A stretch of 64,000 nt of DNA from Pseudobacteriovorax antillogorgiicola (GTDB lineage: Bacteria; Bdellovibrionota_B; Oligoflexia; Oligoflexales; RGVZ01): positions 54,056 through 118,055 of the forward strand of contig CAMBEK010000005.1 in the NCBI GenBank assembly GCA_945865565.1. Reading direction: 5' to 3'. The translations under genes and the position numbers were made by a program. The notes beneath the pieces are model-generated. The model ran no database searches. It saw nothing but the letters and a program-made list of their open reading frames with translations, and was not told the DNA's origin. Below are positions 18,924 through 28,232 of the stretch, piece after piece (the stretch's first letter is position 1; every line of letters begins with the position of its first letter).

Positions 18924-19673
18924 ATGAGTACGGTGCTAATTGTTGACCCAAGCAAGCCAAGCCTGGTGATGAGTTCAGAAGTATTCAAGGACAAGATTCC
19001 AGGAATCACAGTCCTTGTTGCGAGCACCGGCCAACAGGCCCTGGATATTCTGGAGCAAAGGTCATCCGCAGGATCCGCAGCCCCGGACTTGTGCGTGGTC
19101 GACTTCGACCTGCCAGACACCGACGGCATCACGTTAATTCATATGCTCCGCAAAAACTTCCGCGGGCCAATTATGTTGACCGCCTATCCTGATAATGTCG
19201 TAAAAAATGCCGTCGCAGAAGAGCTGTTTGCCTATGACGATGCCGGCATGTGGATTCGCAAACCAATTCGCGCAGAAGATCTGAATGAGAAAATAGATCG
19301 TTTTCTTGTCGGCAAATTCCGTGTCCAGCGGCGCTTCGATTTCACTCCAAAGACGCGCCTTCTCGGAAAGAGTGCTGGACGCGGAAAGAGAACTCCCAAG
19401 TTTCCAGGCCAAATTGTGAATATCAGTGTCGGAGGCGCCTGCGTCCAACTGTCAGGAGCTGTAAAGCTCAAAATCGGTGATGAGGTGTCGATCGAATTGC
19501 CAATACCAAAGGTCGAAAAAAAGGGCGCTGAGACGGCGCAGATCAAAAGCCAGGTGGTATGGCGGACCAATGACGGCAAACGGATTGGCATCACCTTCGA
19601 TAAGTTGAGCGATCCGGGGCGGAAGGGACTTGAACGACTTCTAAAACAAATCAACAACAGCATCGATGCGTGA
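18924..19673 (+). CDS. Response-regulator receiver domain fused to a PilZ (c-di-GMP-binding) domain
   Basis: The REC domain shows VLIVDPS...DLCVVDFDLPDTDGITLI...PIMLTAY. The PilZ motifs are RVQRRFDF (RxxxR) and NISVGG (D/NxSxxG). A GGAGG lies 8 nt upstream of the ATG. Confidence 0.8.
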   Translation: MSTVLIVDPSKPSLVMSSEVFKDKIPGITVLVASTGQQALDILEQRSSAGSAAPDLCVVDFDLPDTDGITLIHMLRKNFRGPIMLTAYPDNVVKNAVAEELFAYDDAGMWIRKPIRAEDLNEKIDRFLVGKFRVQRRFDFTPKTRLLGKSAGRGKRTPKFPGQIVNISVGGACVQLSGAVKLKIGDEVSIELPIPKVEKKGAETAQIKSQVVWRTNDGKRIGITFDKLSDPGRKGLERLLKQINNSIDA

Positions 19674-20373
19674 AGATTGGTTGAAGTACGTGGCGGCCAT
19701 CACGAAGGTTTTCGTGGTGGCCGTTTTGCTTGGAGAATCCTTCGCGGCGGCAGACCATCTATTGGCCAAAGCAGGCCTTGCATCCGGCAACTTTGCATTC
19801 ATTGCGGGCCCCGCCCTTGTCCATCTTTTGATCGTAATCGCTGCCCTGATTCTTGTGGGGCAACCAAAACTAAACCTCCCGAAAAAAAACGCCGTGCGCT
19901 GGCTGATGCTCGCTGGCCCAGCCTGGCTCGCCTTGGCTGCCTCCGGGGCTGGCCTGACATCTACTTTTTTTCCTGGACCTGACTCGATACCGGGAGTCAC
20001 TCCAAACATCCCCTGGTGGATTGCCAGCATTTTACTGGCGCCGGTCCTTGAGGAGCTCGTGTACCGTGGACTACTTTCTCCAGTTTTCCGCCGGAGTTGC
20101 GGCAATTTGATGGGGAGCTATTTTGCGGCAATCCTGTTTGCCTGGGTTCATTCCAGGCCAACCTTGGCAGGAATTTTTGCTGGGCACGCCGGCGGGATCC
20201 CACCCGGCCCATTTCTGCTTGCCCTTGCTGCGGACTGGTTTTGCCTCAAAAGCGGCAGCATTTGGGTCGCCGTGGCGTTCCATGCCGCCTGCAACATCAC
20301 CCCCGCGCTGTTTAATGCGATCGATCCCCGCTGGCTGAGTTGGTTGGGAATGTTATACCAATGGGGTACTTGA
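19666..20373 (+). CDS. CPBP-family (CAAX/Abi) intramembrane glutamic endopeptidase
   Basis: APVLEELVYRG (EExxxR motif), FAWVH and AFHAACN. The protein is polytopic and overlaps the REC-PilZ gene by 8 nt. Confidence 0.8.
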   Translation: MREDWLKYVAAITKVFVVAVLLGESFAAADHLLAKAGLASGNFAFIAGPALVHLLIVIAALILVGQPKLNLPKKNAVRWLMLAGPAWLALAASGAGLTSTFFPGPDSIPGVTPNIPWWIASILLAPVLEELVYRGLLSPVFRRSCGNLMGSYFAAILFAWVHSRPTLAGIFAGHAGGIPPGPFLLALAADWFCLKSGSIWVAVAFHAACNITPALFNAIDPRWLSWLGMLYQWGT

Positions 20374-20414
20374 ACCGCGGAGATTGAATCTTCGCGAATG
20401 GTGGTGGACTCAAA

Positions 20415-20693
20415 ATGAGCGACGATCAGACAACTGCAGACGAAAAAATCAAACGAATCAAGCGCCTTGCAATGGTTGTCTGTATTTGCAAGGGCATACC
20501 GCTGGGCAAAGTTCTGCCCGCAATAAAAGCCTGTGACAATGTCGCTGATGTGAACCGGATGGCTGGAACAGGGACTGGCGGATGCAAGGGACAACGGTGC
20601 GGGCCGCGCATCAAAATGCTACTGCGCAAAAAACACGAACTTCAGTCTGATGATTCCAAAACCACGGAAACAGCATCTGACAGCGACGAATAA
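20415..20693 (+). CDS. BFD-like [2Fe-2S]-binding domain protein
   Basis: VVCICKGIPLGKVLPAIKA...AGTGTGGCKGQRCGPRI matches the CxC...CxxC BFD-like pattern. Confidence 0.7.
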   Translation: MSDDQTTADEKIKRIKRLAMVVCICKGIPLGKVLPAIKACDNVADVNRMAGTGTGGCKGQRCGPRIKMLLRKKHELQSDDSKTTETASDSDE

Positions 20694-21268
20694 ACTGCGA
20701 TATCCCCGGTTTCCAAAGACGTTGCAACGGTAATGTCCCTGCCCCTCTGGCTTTTCGCTTTGCTCAGGCGAACGTCGTCAGGCAAATCATAAGACAGGCT
20801 CTGAACATTTTGCACCAACATGGGCCTGGCACCGGCACGATGACCGCACAGGATGTCGGTCCATTTGTCGCCAATCATAAAACTTCTCTTTGAATCGATA
20901 TCCAAGGCCGAGCAGGCATCCGAAATCAATCCAATTGCCGGTTTTCTGCAGGCACAGTCAACATTGTAGGGAGCAACATGACCCTCCGGATGGTGCGGGC
21001 ATGTCTTGAACAGGTCAAGCACTGGGCCGCCGAGTCGCTGAATTTCTTTCTGCAAGGCGCTGTGAAATGCCTCGACCTCAGCCATGGAAAACTTGCCCCG
21101 CGCAATCCCGCTTTGATTGGTGATTACGACAAGTTTAAAACCTTTTGACTTCAGGCGCCCCAAGGCCTGTGGGACGCCTTCTGGAACAACCAAGTCTGCA
21201 ATCTGGAAGGTGTATCCGCGATCGACATTAAGGATGCCATCCCGGTCCAGAAAGACCGCGCGGTTCAT
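20642..21268 (-). CDS. gmhB: D-glycero-D-manno-heptose 1,7-bisphosphate phosphatase (HAD-IIIA, GmhB-like)
   Basis: AVFLDRDGILN, VVITNQSGIARG, the Zn site CPHHPEG...CACRKP, and MIGDKWTDI. The start is taken at MNRAVF (21268), giving an ATGA overlap with the upstream ORF. The 3' end overlaps the convergent BFD gene by ~50 nt. Confidence 0.8.
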   Translation of the reverse strand: MNRAVFLDRDGILNVDRGYTFQIADLVVPEGVPQALGRLKSKGFKLVVITNQSGIARGKFSMAEVEAFHSALQKEIQRLGGPVLDLFKTCPHHPEGHVAPYNVDCACRKPAIGLISDACSALDIDSKRSFMIGDKWTDILCGHRAGARPMLVQNVQSLSYDLPDDVRLSKAKSQRGRDITVATSLETGDIAVYSSLSDAVSVVLESSD

Positions 21269-21546
21269 TCGCTGGAACCAGCATTTGTCGAGAGCCACAG
21301 CCGGTCCTTTTCGGAAACGGCATAGGGGATCACTAATCTCATGATCTTTTTGTTGAGATCATCGAGAACCGTGCTGTCATCGCCAGAGGATGCCTTGAGG
21401 TCGTACTGCTTGAGTTGATCTTCAATTTGCCAATAGATGTCCACCGGCATGAGAAGTTCAATCAGAGGTCCGGTGGTTTTGATCGAATCCCGCTGCGTTG
21501 ATGCCAGCGAGATCCGATTGGCAATGACGAGGTACTTGCGAATCAT
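21265..21546 (-). CDS. Hypothetical 93-aa protein, translationally coupled on both sides
   Basis: The start overlaps the stop of the H1-like gene (TAATG) and the stop overlaps the gmhB start (ATGA). I recognise no motif. Confidence 0.5.
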   Translation of the reverse strand: MIRKYLVIANRISLASTQRDSIKTTGPLIELLMPVDIYWQIEDQLKQYDLKASSGDDSTVLDDLNKKIMRLVIPYAVSEKDRLWLSTNAGSSE

Positions 21547-22226
21547 TAGCGTTTTTTGGCTGGCTTCGCGGCCGGCTTGGCGGCTGGCTTTGCTTTGCCT
21601 GGCTTGGCGCTGGCTTTTGCCGGTGCCTTTACTGCTTTGGCCGGAGCGGCTTTCTTGGCTGGAGCAGGAGCCGCTTTTTTCGCTGGCGCAGGAGCAGCTT
21701 TCTTCACCGGAGCAGGAGCCGCTTTTTTCGCTGGCGCCGCCTTCGCAGCAGGCGCGGCAGCCGCTTTCTCTGGTTTTTTCGGAGCCGCTTTCACGGGGGC
21801 AGCTTCTTTTTTTGGTGCCGCCTTAACATCTGGTTTAACAACCGGCTTTGCATCTTGTTTTGCTGGCTTTGACTTGGGAGCGATCACGGGATCGATGACC
21901 TGTCCTTCGGCCTTCAAAGCAACTTTTTTGCCTTTAACATGAGGAACGTCAGCCTTCGCGTCATCGTCTTCAGCAGCAACCAGCTCCATCTCATGAACCA
22001 TCTTGAACAGACGTTGCCACAGTGTGTCATCCTTTCGGAGCCACGACTGAAATAGTTTACGGGCCGGTCGATTCACCAGCGCATCGTCCGTAAAGTAGGT
22101 TGAAAAATCACGGGGTGATTTGCGTTGCTTCAGTTCCGTTACATGCTGCGCAAGAATCAGAAGTTCAGAACCACGAGCGCGCAAAACCAACGAATCTTGA
22201 ATCGGCATAATTTCAACTGGCTGCAA
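21546..22226 (-). CDS. Histone-H1/AlgP-like Lys/Ala/Pro-repeat protein with an unassigned N-terminal domain
   Basis: The C-terminal ~110 aa are AKKAAPAPAKK-type repeats, visible in the DNA as a 24-bp periodicity at ~21560-21800. The N-terminal ~100 aa are non-repetitive. A TTG start at 22226 has GGGAG 6 nt upstream; the alternative is ATG at 22208. Confidence 0.65.
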   Translation of the reverse strand: MQPVEIMPIQDSLVLRARGSELLILAQHVTELKQRKSPRDFSTYFTDDALVNRPARKLFQSWLRKDDTLWQRLFKMVHEMELVAAEDDDAKADVPHVKGKKVALKAEGQVIDPVIAPKSKPAKQDAKPVVKPDVKAAPKKEAAPVKAAPKKPEKAAAAPAAKAAPAKKAAPAPVKKAAPAPAKKAAPAPAKKAAPAKAVKAPAKASAKPGKAKPAAKPAAKPAKKR

Positions 22227-22244
22227 GGTTCACTCCCATGAAAA

Positions 22245-23210
22245 TTAAGGCGACGGAACATCTACGTTTACTGCTTGTAGTGTTTTCTTTCTAGCCGAAA
22301 CACCAAGGACAGGCAAGGCAACCCCGCAAACAAGGACCAAACCTGCGCCAGCCAAGGCAGAAAGGTCTGGGTGGCGACCGAAAGCGAACACCGACCAACC
22401 AAGGTTGAGGACAGGCGTCACATAGCTCACGGCCGCATTTAACGCTGCTGGGGCGCTCTGATAGGCCGCGGTCAGAAAATATTGAGCCACACTGGCCATG
22501 ATTCCCGCCCCAACCAAAAATCCGTAGGTCTGGGAACTTTGCGGCCAGAGGATTTTAAAGCCGCTATTCCCAAAGAACTCTGCAGCGAAAACCATGATGT
22601 GCATCGCCAGGCCGATGACACAAAGGTAAAAAATCACTGTGTTTGAAGAATTACTGCGTCCTGCCCGCGCAATCATCAAATAGGCAAAAGCGGCCCAAAC
22701 TCCCGACAAGAGAGCGACAATGCGCCCCACCGGACTGTAATCCTCAAATCTTGGCTGGGCCAAAAAATAAAGGCCCACGGTCGCTCCCGCAATTGCAAGC
22801 CAAGTCAGCGCTGAATTTCGTTGCCGCAGCACAAGGGGCCCCAGCGCGGCGATCACAATGCTGTTGCTGGCATGCAAAAAGGATGTCTCCCCCACACCAA
22901 TGGCATGGATGCCGTACATTACAAAAATCAGGGAAAGGGCTCCAAAAAACCCGCGAAGCCAAAGAGAGGGCCTGCGATCGCCAGGAAGTTGCGACAAACT
23001 CCCGGCAAACCAGGCGGCACTTGCGACAATCAAGACATTGACCAGCAGACGTACAAAACTGGCGACCAGGGGCGACCCTTCAGGTTCAAGCAATTGAGCC
23101 TGATTGATCATTGCCCCCATAAAGGAAAAGAAAACGGATGCCATGACCATGCACAAAAGACCTTTGCGGGCACCTGCCTCAAGGGATTTTTCTTCAGGCT
23201 TTAGGTTCAA
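22245..23210 (-). CDS. DMT-superfamily (EamA-type) transporter
   Basis: 321 aa with ten hydrophobic helices in a two-fold repeat layout typical of EamA proteins. Confidence 0.7.
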   Translation of the reverse strand: MNLKPEEKSLEAGARKGLLCMVMASVFFSFMGAMINQAQLLEPEGSPLVASFVRLLVNVLIVASAAWFAGSLSQLPGDRRPSLWLRGFFGALSLIFVMYGIHAIGVGETSFLHASNSIVIAALGPLVLRQRNSALTWLAIAGATVGLYFLAQPRFEDYSPVGRIVALLSGVWAAFAYLMIARAGRSNSSNTVIFYLCVIGLAMHIMVFAAEFFGNSGFKILWPQSSQTYGFLVGAGIMASVAQYFLTAAYQSAPAALNAAVSYVTPVLNLGWSVFAFGRHPDLSALAGAGLVLVCGVALPVLGVSARKKTLQAVNVDVPSP

Positions 23211-23736
23211 CCGTCACAGTCGCTTTCTTGATGGTGACGTCCTCAACGGGGCGATCGCGATCATCGGTTTCCACTCCACCAATCGCCTTGACCACGGCCA
23301 GGCTGGCCTCGTCGGCCGTGTTGCCGAACGCCGTGTACTGCCTGTCCAAGAAGGCTGCCTTACCCAAGCAAAGAAAAAATTGCGAGCCACCAGAATCTGG
23401 ATCCTGAGACCGCGCCATCGACAACACACCGGCCACATGCGGCGTTTCATTGAACTCTGCCTTGACCCGGTAGCCTGGGCCGCCCGTGCCAACGCCCTCT
23501 GGGCAACCCGCCTGGATCACAAACCCTGGCACGATGCGGTGGAAGATGATTCCATCGTAAAACCCGCTGCGCGCGAGGCCAATGATGTTCTTGCAATGCG
23601 CGGGGGCCACTTCAGGCAGGAGATCAAGGGAGATCGTCCCGGCAGTGGTGTCCAAATGAACCTGGTAGCGGTTCGCAGAGAAATCGATGTCTTTCTGGGC
23701 AATCTCAACGTCAGACTTGAAATTCTTCTCAAACAT
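23194..23736 (-). CDS. Cyclophilin-type peptidyl-prolyl cis-trans isomerase
   Basis: FHRIVPGFVIQAGCPEGVGTGGPGY, SMARSQDPDSGGSQFFL and TAFG. Confidence 0.9.
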   Translation of the reverse strand: MFEKNFKSDVEIAQKDIDFSANRYQVHLDTTAGTISLDLLPEVAPAHCKNIIGLARSGFYDGIIFHRIVPGFVIQAGCPEGVGTGGPGYRVKAEFNETPHVAGVLSMARSQDPDSGGSQFFLCLGKAAFLDRQYTAFGNTADEASLAVVKAIGGVETDDRDRPVEDVTIKKATVTVEPKA

Positions 23737-23872
23737 TCTGGTACCTTTCTCTTGGCTGGCAGCCCTGATTTTTCATCGGGAAAGGGCCTCCGTCTGGTCA
23801 AACTCCCGCGGGGATCATATACTAGACTGAACTCTTCTCAAGTTGAAAACTCAGTCCTGAAAGGACCTCATC

Positions 23873-25267
23873 TTGGACGTAAAATTGGACCTGAAAAGGG
23901 CTCTCCGGCATCAGGGAACCGCCATTTTTACCTTTACCGCAGCCTGTTTGGCTCCCACTGCCTCTGCAAACATCATTGGCAACGACACCCAAAACTTCAA
24001 TCCGACCACAAACGGGCTTGATTTCGTAACCGTCCAGTCATCCGAAACCCTTGACCCAGGCATTATTAACTTCGGTCTTTTTTTGAATCATGCCCGCAAC
24101 ACCTTGCCACGCCTACGTGACCGGGACACCAACGAATTCCCGGCAAAAAGCGGCGACCAGCTCCTCGGGATGGACCTCAACATCGGCGCAGGAATCCTGC
24201 CGAACCTGGACCTTGGACTCTCACTGCCACAGATTTTGGACCAAAAGGTCGACGACACTGATTCCGCGCGGGGCCAATTTTCCCAAAGGGGTAACACCGA
24301 GGTCCGGGTCAATGCCAAGTATCGTCTGACCGGAACCGATACCGGCGGCTTTGCAATGGCAGGTTCAATCAACTTCAACCGCCTCAAAAACAATCCTTAT
24401 GCGGGAAAAAACAGCAGCCCGACCCTGAACATCGAGGCTCTGGCCGATACAACCTGGAAAGAATTCGCCCTGGCACTTAACGTCGGCTACCGGTGGCGCG
24501 ATAAAGGCGATGAAATTTATGCCGGAAGCCCCATCGATCCGTTGGGCAATCAATGGCTCGCCTCGACGGCAGCAAGCTACCGTTTTGACCAATATGACAC
24601 CAAGGCCATCGCGGAAATTTTCACCAGCTGGCCTGTGGTCAAATCCGGCGACAACACCAACCGGGCCAGTTCTGCCGCGGAACTTCTGATCGGCGCCAAG
24701 CACGATGTCAGCCACAACCTTGCAATCCACGCTGGACTGGGCCGCGAATTATCCCAAGGAATCAGTTCGCCGGACCTTCGGATTTACGCAGGCCTTAACT
24801 GGACCATGGGACCCGAGTTCCAGCGCCACAATGAACCGACAACACCAGATGAAGCGCAACCGAAGAAAATGCCGAAGCCGGCCACAGACCCGTTCGCGCT
24901 GCCGCCCAAGGCCGAAGAAAAAATTATCGTCAATGACCTCTTGTTCGCTTTTGACAGCGACAAAGAAATCGTCAATGACCCGCATTCCATCTTGGCCAGG
25001 CTCGTTGTGCATCTGAAAAAAGGTCCAGGCTGGAAAAAGTTGATCATCGATGGCTACACCGACAGCCTTGGCAATGATCAATACAATTTAACCCTGAGCT
25101 ACCGTCGCGCCAGCAACATTCGCAAGCGCCTGATCGAAGAATTCAAACTCGAGCCGAACAAGATCATGGCCGTTGGCCACGGCGAGGAAAACCCCATTGC
25201 CAAAAACAACAATTTCCAAGGACGTCGCTTGAACCGTCGGGTTGAGCTGCGCATTTTCCGCAAGTAA
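23873..25267 (+). CDS. OmpA-family outer-membrane protein (N-terminal barrel plus C-terminal OmpA peptidoglycan-binding domain)
   Basis: The C-terminus carries FAFDSDKEI, GYTDSLGNDQYNLTLSYRRASNIRKRL and NRRVELRI, and there is a signal-like N-terminus. The non-ATG start at 23873 is uncertain. Confidence 0.8.
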   Translation: MDVKLDLKRALRHQGTAIFTFTAACLAPTASANIIGNDTQNFNPTTNGLDFVTVQSSETLDPGIINFGLFLNHARNTLPRLRDRDTNEFPAKSGDQLLGMDLNIGAGILPNLDLGLSLPQILDQKVDDTDSARGQFSQRGNTEVRVNAKYRLTGTDTGGFAMAGSINFNRLKNNPYAGKNSSPTLNIEALADTTWKEFALALNVGYRWRDKGDEIYAGSPIDPLGNQWLASTAASYRFDQYDTKAIAEIFTSWPVVKSGDNTNRASSAAELLIGAKHDVSHNLAIHAGLGRELSQGISSPDLRIYAGLNWTMGPEFQRHNEPTTPDEAQPKKMPKPATDPFALPPKAEEKIIVNDLLFAFDSDKEIVNDPHSILARLVVHLKKGPGWKKLIIDGYTDSLGNDQYNLTLSYRRASNIRKRLIEEFKLEPNKIMAVGHGEENPIAKNNNFQGRRLNRRVELRIFRK

Positions 25268-25283
25268 CGGAGGCATTGACGCC

Positions 25284-26159
25284 ATGAAAAAAATCCCCAA
25301 GGCCACGGCGCTGACAAATTCAGTCATGATGCCAGTGATCTTCACGTTCATCACAGCCATCTCGGGATGCCGCGCTGCAGGATACGAGATCATTGACCCC
25401 GTGAAAAATCGGGAACGTCCTGCTGGTCCGACCGATGCCACGGCAAGCCTGCTGCCATCCGCCAGGCTCGAGATCGTTCAGGCGGGCAAGATGATTGGCG
25501 TGACCAGAACCAACCAGGGGGTTGTTTTTCGCCCATCAGCAGACACGGTGGATCCGGATTATGTTGGCAAGAGCCCATGTGCCAATCCCGGCATCAACTC
25601 GGCTGAATACCAGATCAGCATCGACGGCCAGCGCGTGGCGAGCACAAGGCAACGCGGCTGCGAGCCCCTTGAGGTTCCCTATGCTTTCGCCAAAATCGGG
25701 GCGCAAAACGTTACCCTGAAGGTCGTCAGCGCCGATGGCGAAACCGCCACGGCATCGCAAACCGTCCGCGTCGTGGACAATGACCCCTGCTGCGCTGTTC
25801 CCGCGCCGGCTGTTTTTGTGACCGCGGCACCATTGGTTGCCTACCCGGCGGAGCAGGTCAGTGTGCAGGCAAAGTGCCTTGCCACCGAGGCGGGTACGAT
25901 CACCTGGACTTTCGGCGACGGAGCCACTTCCCTGGGCGGAATTTCCACCCACGCCTTTGACAAAGTCGGGCAGTACCTGATTACAGCCACTTGCACCCTT
26001 GGAAATGGCCAAAAAGCCAAAGCCACAGTGACCGTTTCAGTGATACCTTCCGGCCGGCCGCGCCCAGCCGGCGGAACACCAACCTTGCCCAGCGTGATTG
26101 AGCTCGGAATGCCACCGTCGCAGGTTCCGCCCAACCAGTCGGACCCAAGTCAAAATTGA
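25284..26159 (+). CDS. Lipoprotein with PKD-like Ig domains
   Basis: The start is taken at MKKIPKATAL with GGAGG 10 nt upstream, and the lipobox is ITAISGC. There is a PKD-like ITWTFGDGATSLGGISTHAFDKVGQYLITATC. Confidence 0.55.
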   Translation: MKKIPKATALTNSVMMPVIFTFITAISGCRAAGYEIIDPVKNRERPAGPTDATASLLPSARLEIVQAGKMIGVTRTNQGVVFRPSADTVDPDYVGKSPCANPGINSAEYQISIDGQRVASTRQRGCEPLEVPYAFAKIGAQNVTLKVVSADGETATASQTVRVVDNDPCCAVPAPAVFVTAAPLVAYPAEQVSVQAKCLATEAGTITWTFGDGATSLGGISTHAFDKVGQYLITATCTLGNGQKAKATVTVSVIPSGRPRPAGGTPTLPSVIELGMPPSQVPPNQSDPSQN

Positions 26160-26177
26160 AAGTCACTTGAAAGCCCC

Positions 26178-27437
26178 ATGACAAAAAACCCTGAATCGAA
26201 CGCCGCATCGAACCCTGACTCAATCCAAGCCATCGTCACTTGCCCCGACGAAACCAAGGAAGTTCTAGCGGCCGAACTCCGGGCTTTGGGCGTCACCGAC
26301 ATCGATGTCCGCTACCGTGCCGTGGCCTGCACCGTTCCGGACCTTGAAACTTTTTATGAATTGCATCTGAAACTGCGGACCGCCAGCCGGATCTTCCGCG
26401 TTGTCAAGGAATTTGCTGCCCATACAGAACAGATGCTGGGCGATCAGGCCAAACGCATCCGTTGGGCCGATTGGTTTTTACCGGAGCGAACCTTCCTGGT
26501 TGAAGGCGTTCCAGCAGACCGCGGGCCGGGCGTGATGGGATCGAATGCCATCAGCAAGACGATCCGCGAAAGTCTGCAGGCTGCTTTTGCCCAACACACG
26601 GGAAAAGTCCCAAAGGTTGACCTCAAAGACCCGAAGGTCATTGTCGTTGCCTTCATCCAAAAAGGCCGCTGCACGCTCAGTTTGGATACGACAGGAAAAA
26701 CCCTGCACAAACGCGGCTACCGCACGGAAGGCCATCCGGCCCCAATCAAAGAGACCTTGGCCTGTGCCATTTTGGATTTGGCAGGTTATGACGGAACCCA
26801 GGCGCTCCTCGATCCGATGTGCGGCAGCGGCACCATTGCCATCGAAGCCGCCTACCGGGGGCTGCACAAGGCCGCACACATTCACCGCAAAAAGGGCGAG
26901 TTTGGTTTTGAGTGGTTGAAAGATTTCGACAACGACATCTGGCGGAAAGTCTCGGACCGCGTTCGTGGCGAGCGCCTGGAATCGCTGCCGGCACCGATTG
27001 TCGCCTCAGACATCAGCGAAAAGTATGTCGAGATGGCTCGCGAGAACGCACTGCGTGCCCGAGTGGAACGAGACATCCAATTCCAGGCTGGAAGGATTGA
27101 GGACGCCCGCCCCCATGCCGAGACGGGATTACTTGTCGCAAACTTGCCTTACGGCGCGCGCCTGGGCAAAGGCGATGATGAAGCCTTGAGTCAACTCTAC
27201 GAAGAGATTGGCGACAATCTGAAAAAGAACTTCAAGGGTTGGCGTGCTGCATTACTGGTGGCCGAAGAATCGCCTTGGAAATTCATTGGCCTCAAGCCCA
27301 CACGGCGCATCCCTCTCATGAACGGCAGCATCAAAGCCAAACTTTTGATCTACGACATGTACGCCGGTACGAAAAGAAGGCCGAAGGACGAAGAAACCCA
27401 GAATGACGAGGCCAACTCAGGGCATGCGGCTGACTGA
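26178..27437 (+). CDS. THUMP-domain class I SAM-dependent RNA methyltransferase (RlmL/RlmK N-terminal-module-like)
   Basis: An N-terminal THUMP-like region (IVTCPDETKEVLAAELRALG) is followed by DPMCGSGTIAIEA and the catalytic LVANLPYGARLG. Confidence 0.75.
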   Translation: MTKNPESNAASNPDSIQAIVTCPDETKEVLAAELRALGVTDIDVRYRAVACTVPDLETFYELHLKLRTASRIFRVVKEFAAHTEQMLGDQAKRIRWADWFLPERTFLVEGVPADRGPGVMGSNAISKTIRESLQAAFAQHTGKVPKVDLKDPKVIVVAFIQKGRCTLSLDTTGKTLHKRGYRTEGHPAPIKETLACAILDLAGYDGTQALLDPMCGSGTIAIEAAYRGLHKAAHIHRKKGEFGFEWLKDFDNDIWRKVSDRVRGERLESLPAPIVASDISEKYVEMARENALRARVERDIQFQAGRIEDARPHAETGLLVANLPYGARLGKGDDEALSQLYEEIGDNLKKNFKGWRAALLVAEESPWKFIGLKPTRRIPLMNGSIKAKLLIYDMYAGTKRRPKDEETQNDEANSGHAAD

Positions 27438-27714
27438 CCACGAAATTGATTCCATCAAGACGGCGGTTCATCATTTTGATCCCGAGGCCCAGATTTTTAT
27501 TTTTGGATCCCGCGCCCATGACAGCGCCGCAGGTGGCGACATCGATTTATTGATTGAATCAAAAACGATTCAATTCGATAATCGTATTTCGATATTGGCG
27601 GCCATCAAGAAGATGATTGGCGAACAGAAAATTGATTTGTTGGTATCGAAAGGGATCGACAACGATATTGATCCCTTTATTCAGTCGATCAGAAAAGAAA
27701 TGAAACAACTTTGA
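27424..27714 (+). CDS. Minimal nucleotidyltransferase (MNT/MntA-like antitoxin)
   Basis: IFIFGSRAHDSAAGGDIDLLI matches the GS-x9-10-DxD pol-beta NTase motif. The start may be 27424 or 27403. The local sequence is about 30-40% GC, against ~55% in the flanks. Confidence 0.75.
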   Translation: MRLTDHEIDSIKTAVHHFDPEAQIFIFGSRAHDSAAGGDIDLLIESKTIQFDNRISILAAIKKMIGEQKIDLLVSKGIDNDIDPFIQSIRKEMKQL

Positions 27715-28160
27715 CTAAAAAACCTTCACAGCTACTTTTGGAAAAATACTCGCAGCAGGCGGATAAAGCAGCGCATTGGTTAAGACGGTCACTACAAAAA
27801 TCCACCTCATTTCAAATTTCAGACAAACTGACAGAATCAGAATTTGATGTTTTAGAAAATTTGACATCACGTTTTGCAAGGCTATGTGACATTTTGTTTC
27901 AAAAAGTGTTCCGGGCCATCGATTCAACAGAACTGGAATCGCCCGGTACGATTATCGATGTTTTGAATCGGGCCGCAAAACGCGGAATCGTCGCCAACGA
28001 CCATCTGGCCAGGGAATTGCGTGAATTACGCAACACCATCGCGCACGAATACACGGAAGAGCAGTTAGTAGAGTTGTTTAAAAAAATACGCAAGGTCAGC
28101 CCAGACCTTCTTGAGATTCACGAAAATACAAAAAAATACCTGGCTGCGCACCAAGCCTGA
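27711..28160 (+). CDS. HEPN-domain protein (HepT/DUF86-like toxin partner of the MNT)
   Basis: ELRELRNTIAHEY contains the R-x4-H HEPN motif. The TTG start overlaps the MNT stop (TTGA). Confidence 0.65.
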   Translation: MTKKPSQLLLEKYSQQADKAAHWLRRSLQKSTSFQISDKLTESEFDVLENLTSRFARLCDILFQKVFRAIDSTELESPGTIIDVLNRAAKRGIVANDHLARELRELRNTIAHEYTEEQLVELFKKIRKVSPDLLEIHENTKKYLAAHQA

Positions 28161-28232
28161 GCATCCAGTCGTAGCCTCAAAACCAGGAATTCACCTCCGT
28201 TCGTACCCCTTACATTAGAGGGCTTTCCGGGG

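Noticed and set aside
21556-21942. A 128-aa Gly/Ala/Phe-rich plus-strand ORF.
   Set aside because: It is the antisense reading of the Lys/Ala/Pro repeat region of the H1-like gene. The minus-strand frame has an RBS, a non-repetitive N-terminal domain and translational coupling to downstream genes.
23104-24021. A 305-aa plus-strand ORF across the EamA/PPIase region. Similar long antisense ORFs occur at 16090-16785, 8548-9138, 34745-35353, 43387-44037, 50487-51188, 61589-62341 and 25536-26012.
   Set aside because: All lie antisense to genes with unmistakable conserved motifs (cyclophilin, RlmD-family, ybgF-like, ATP-grasp, RND, hemL/mqnA, lpxB). They have Arg/Gly/His-rich shadow-ORF composition and no RBS or recognisable motif. 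They are typical GC-rich frame shadows.
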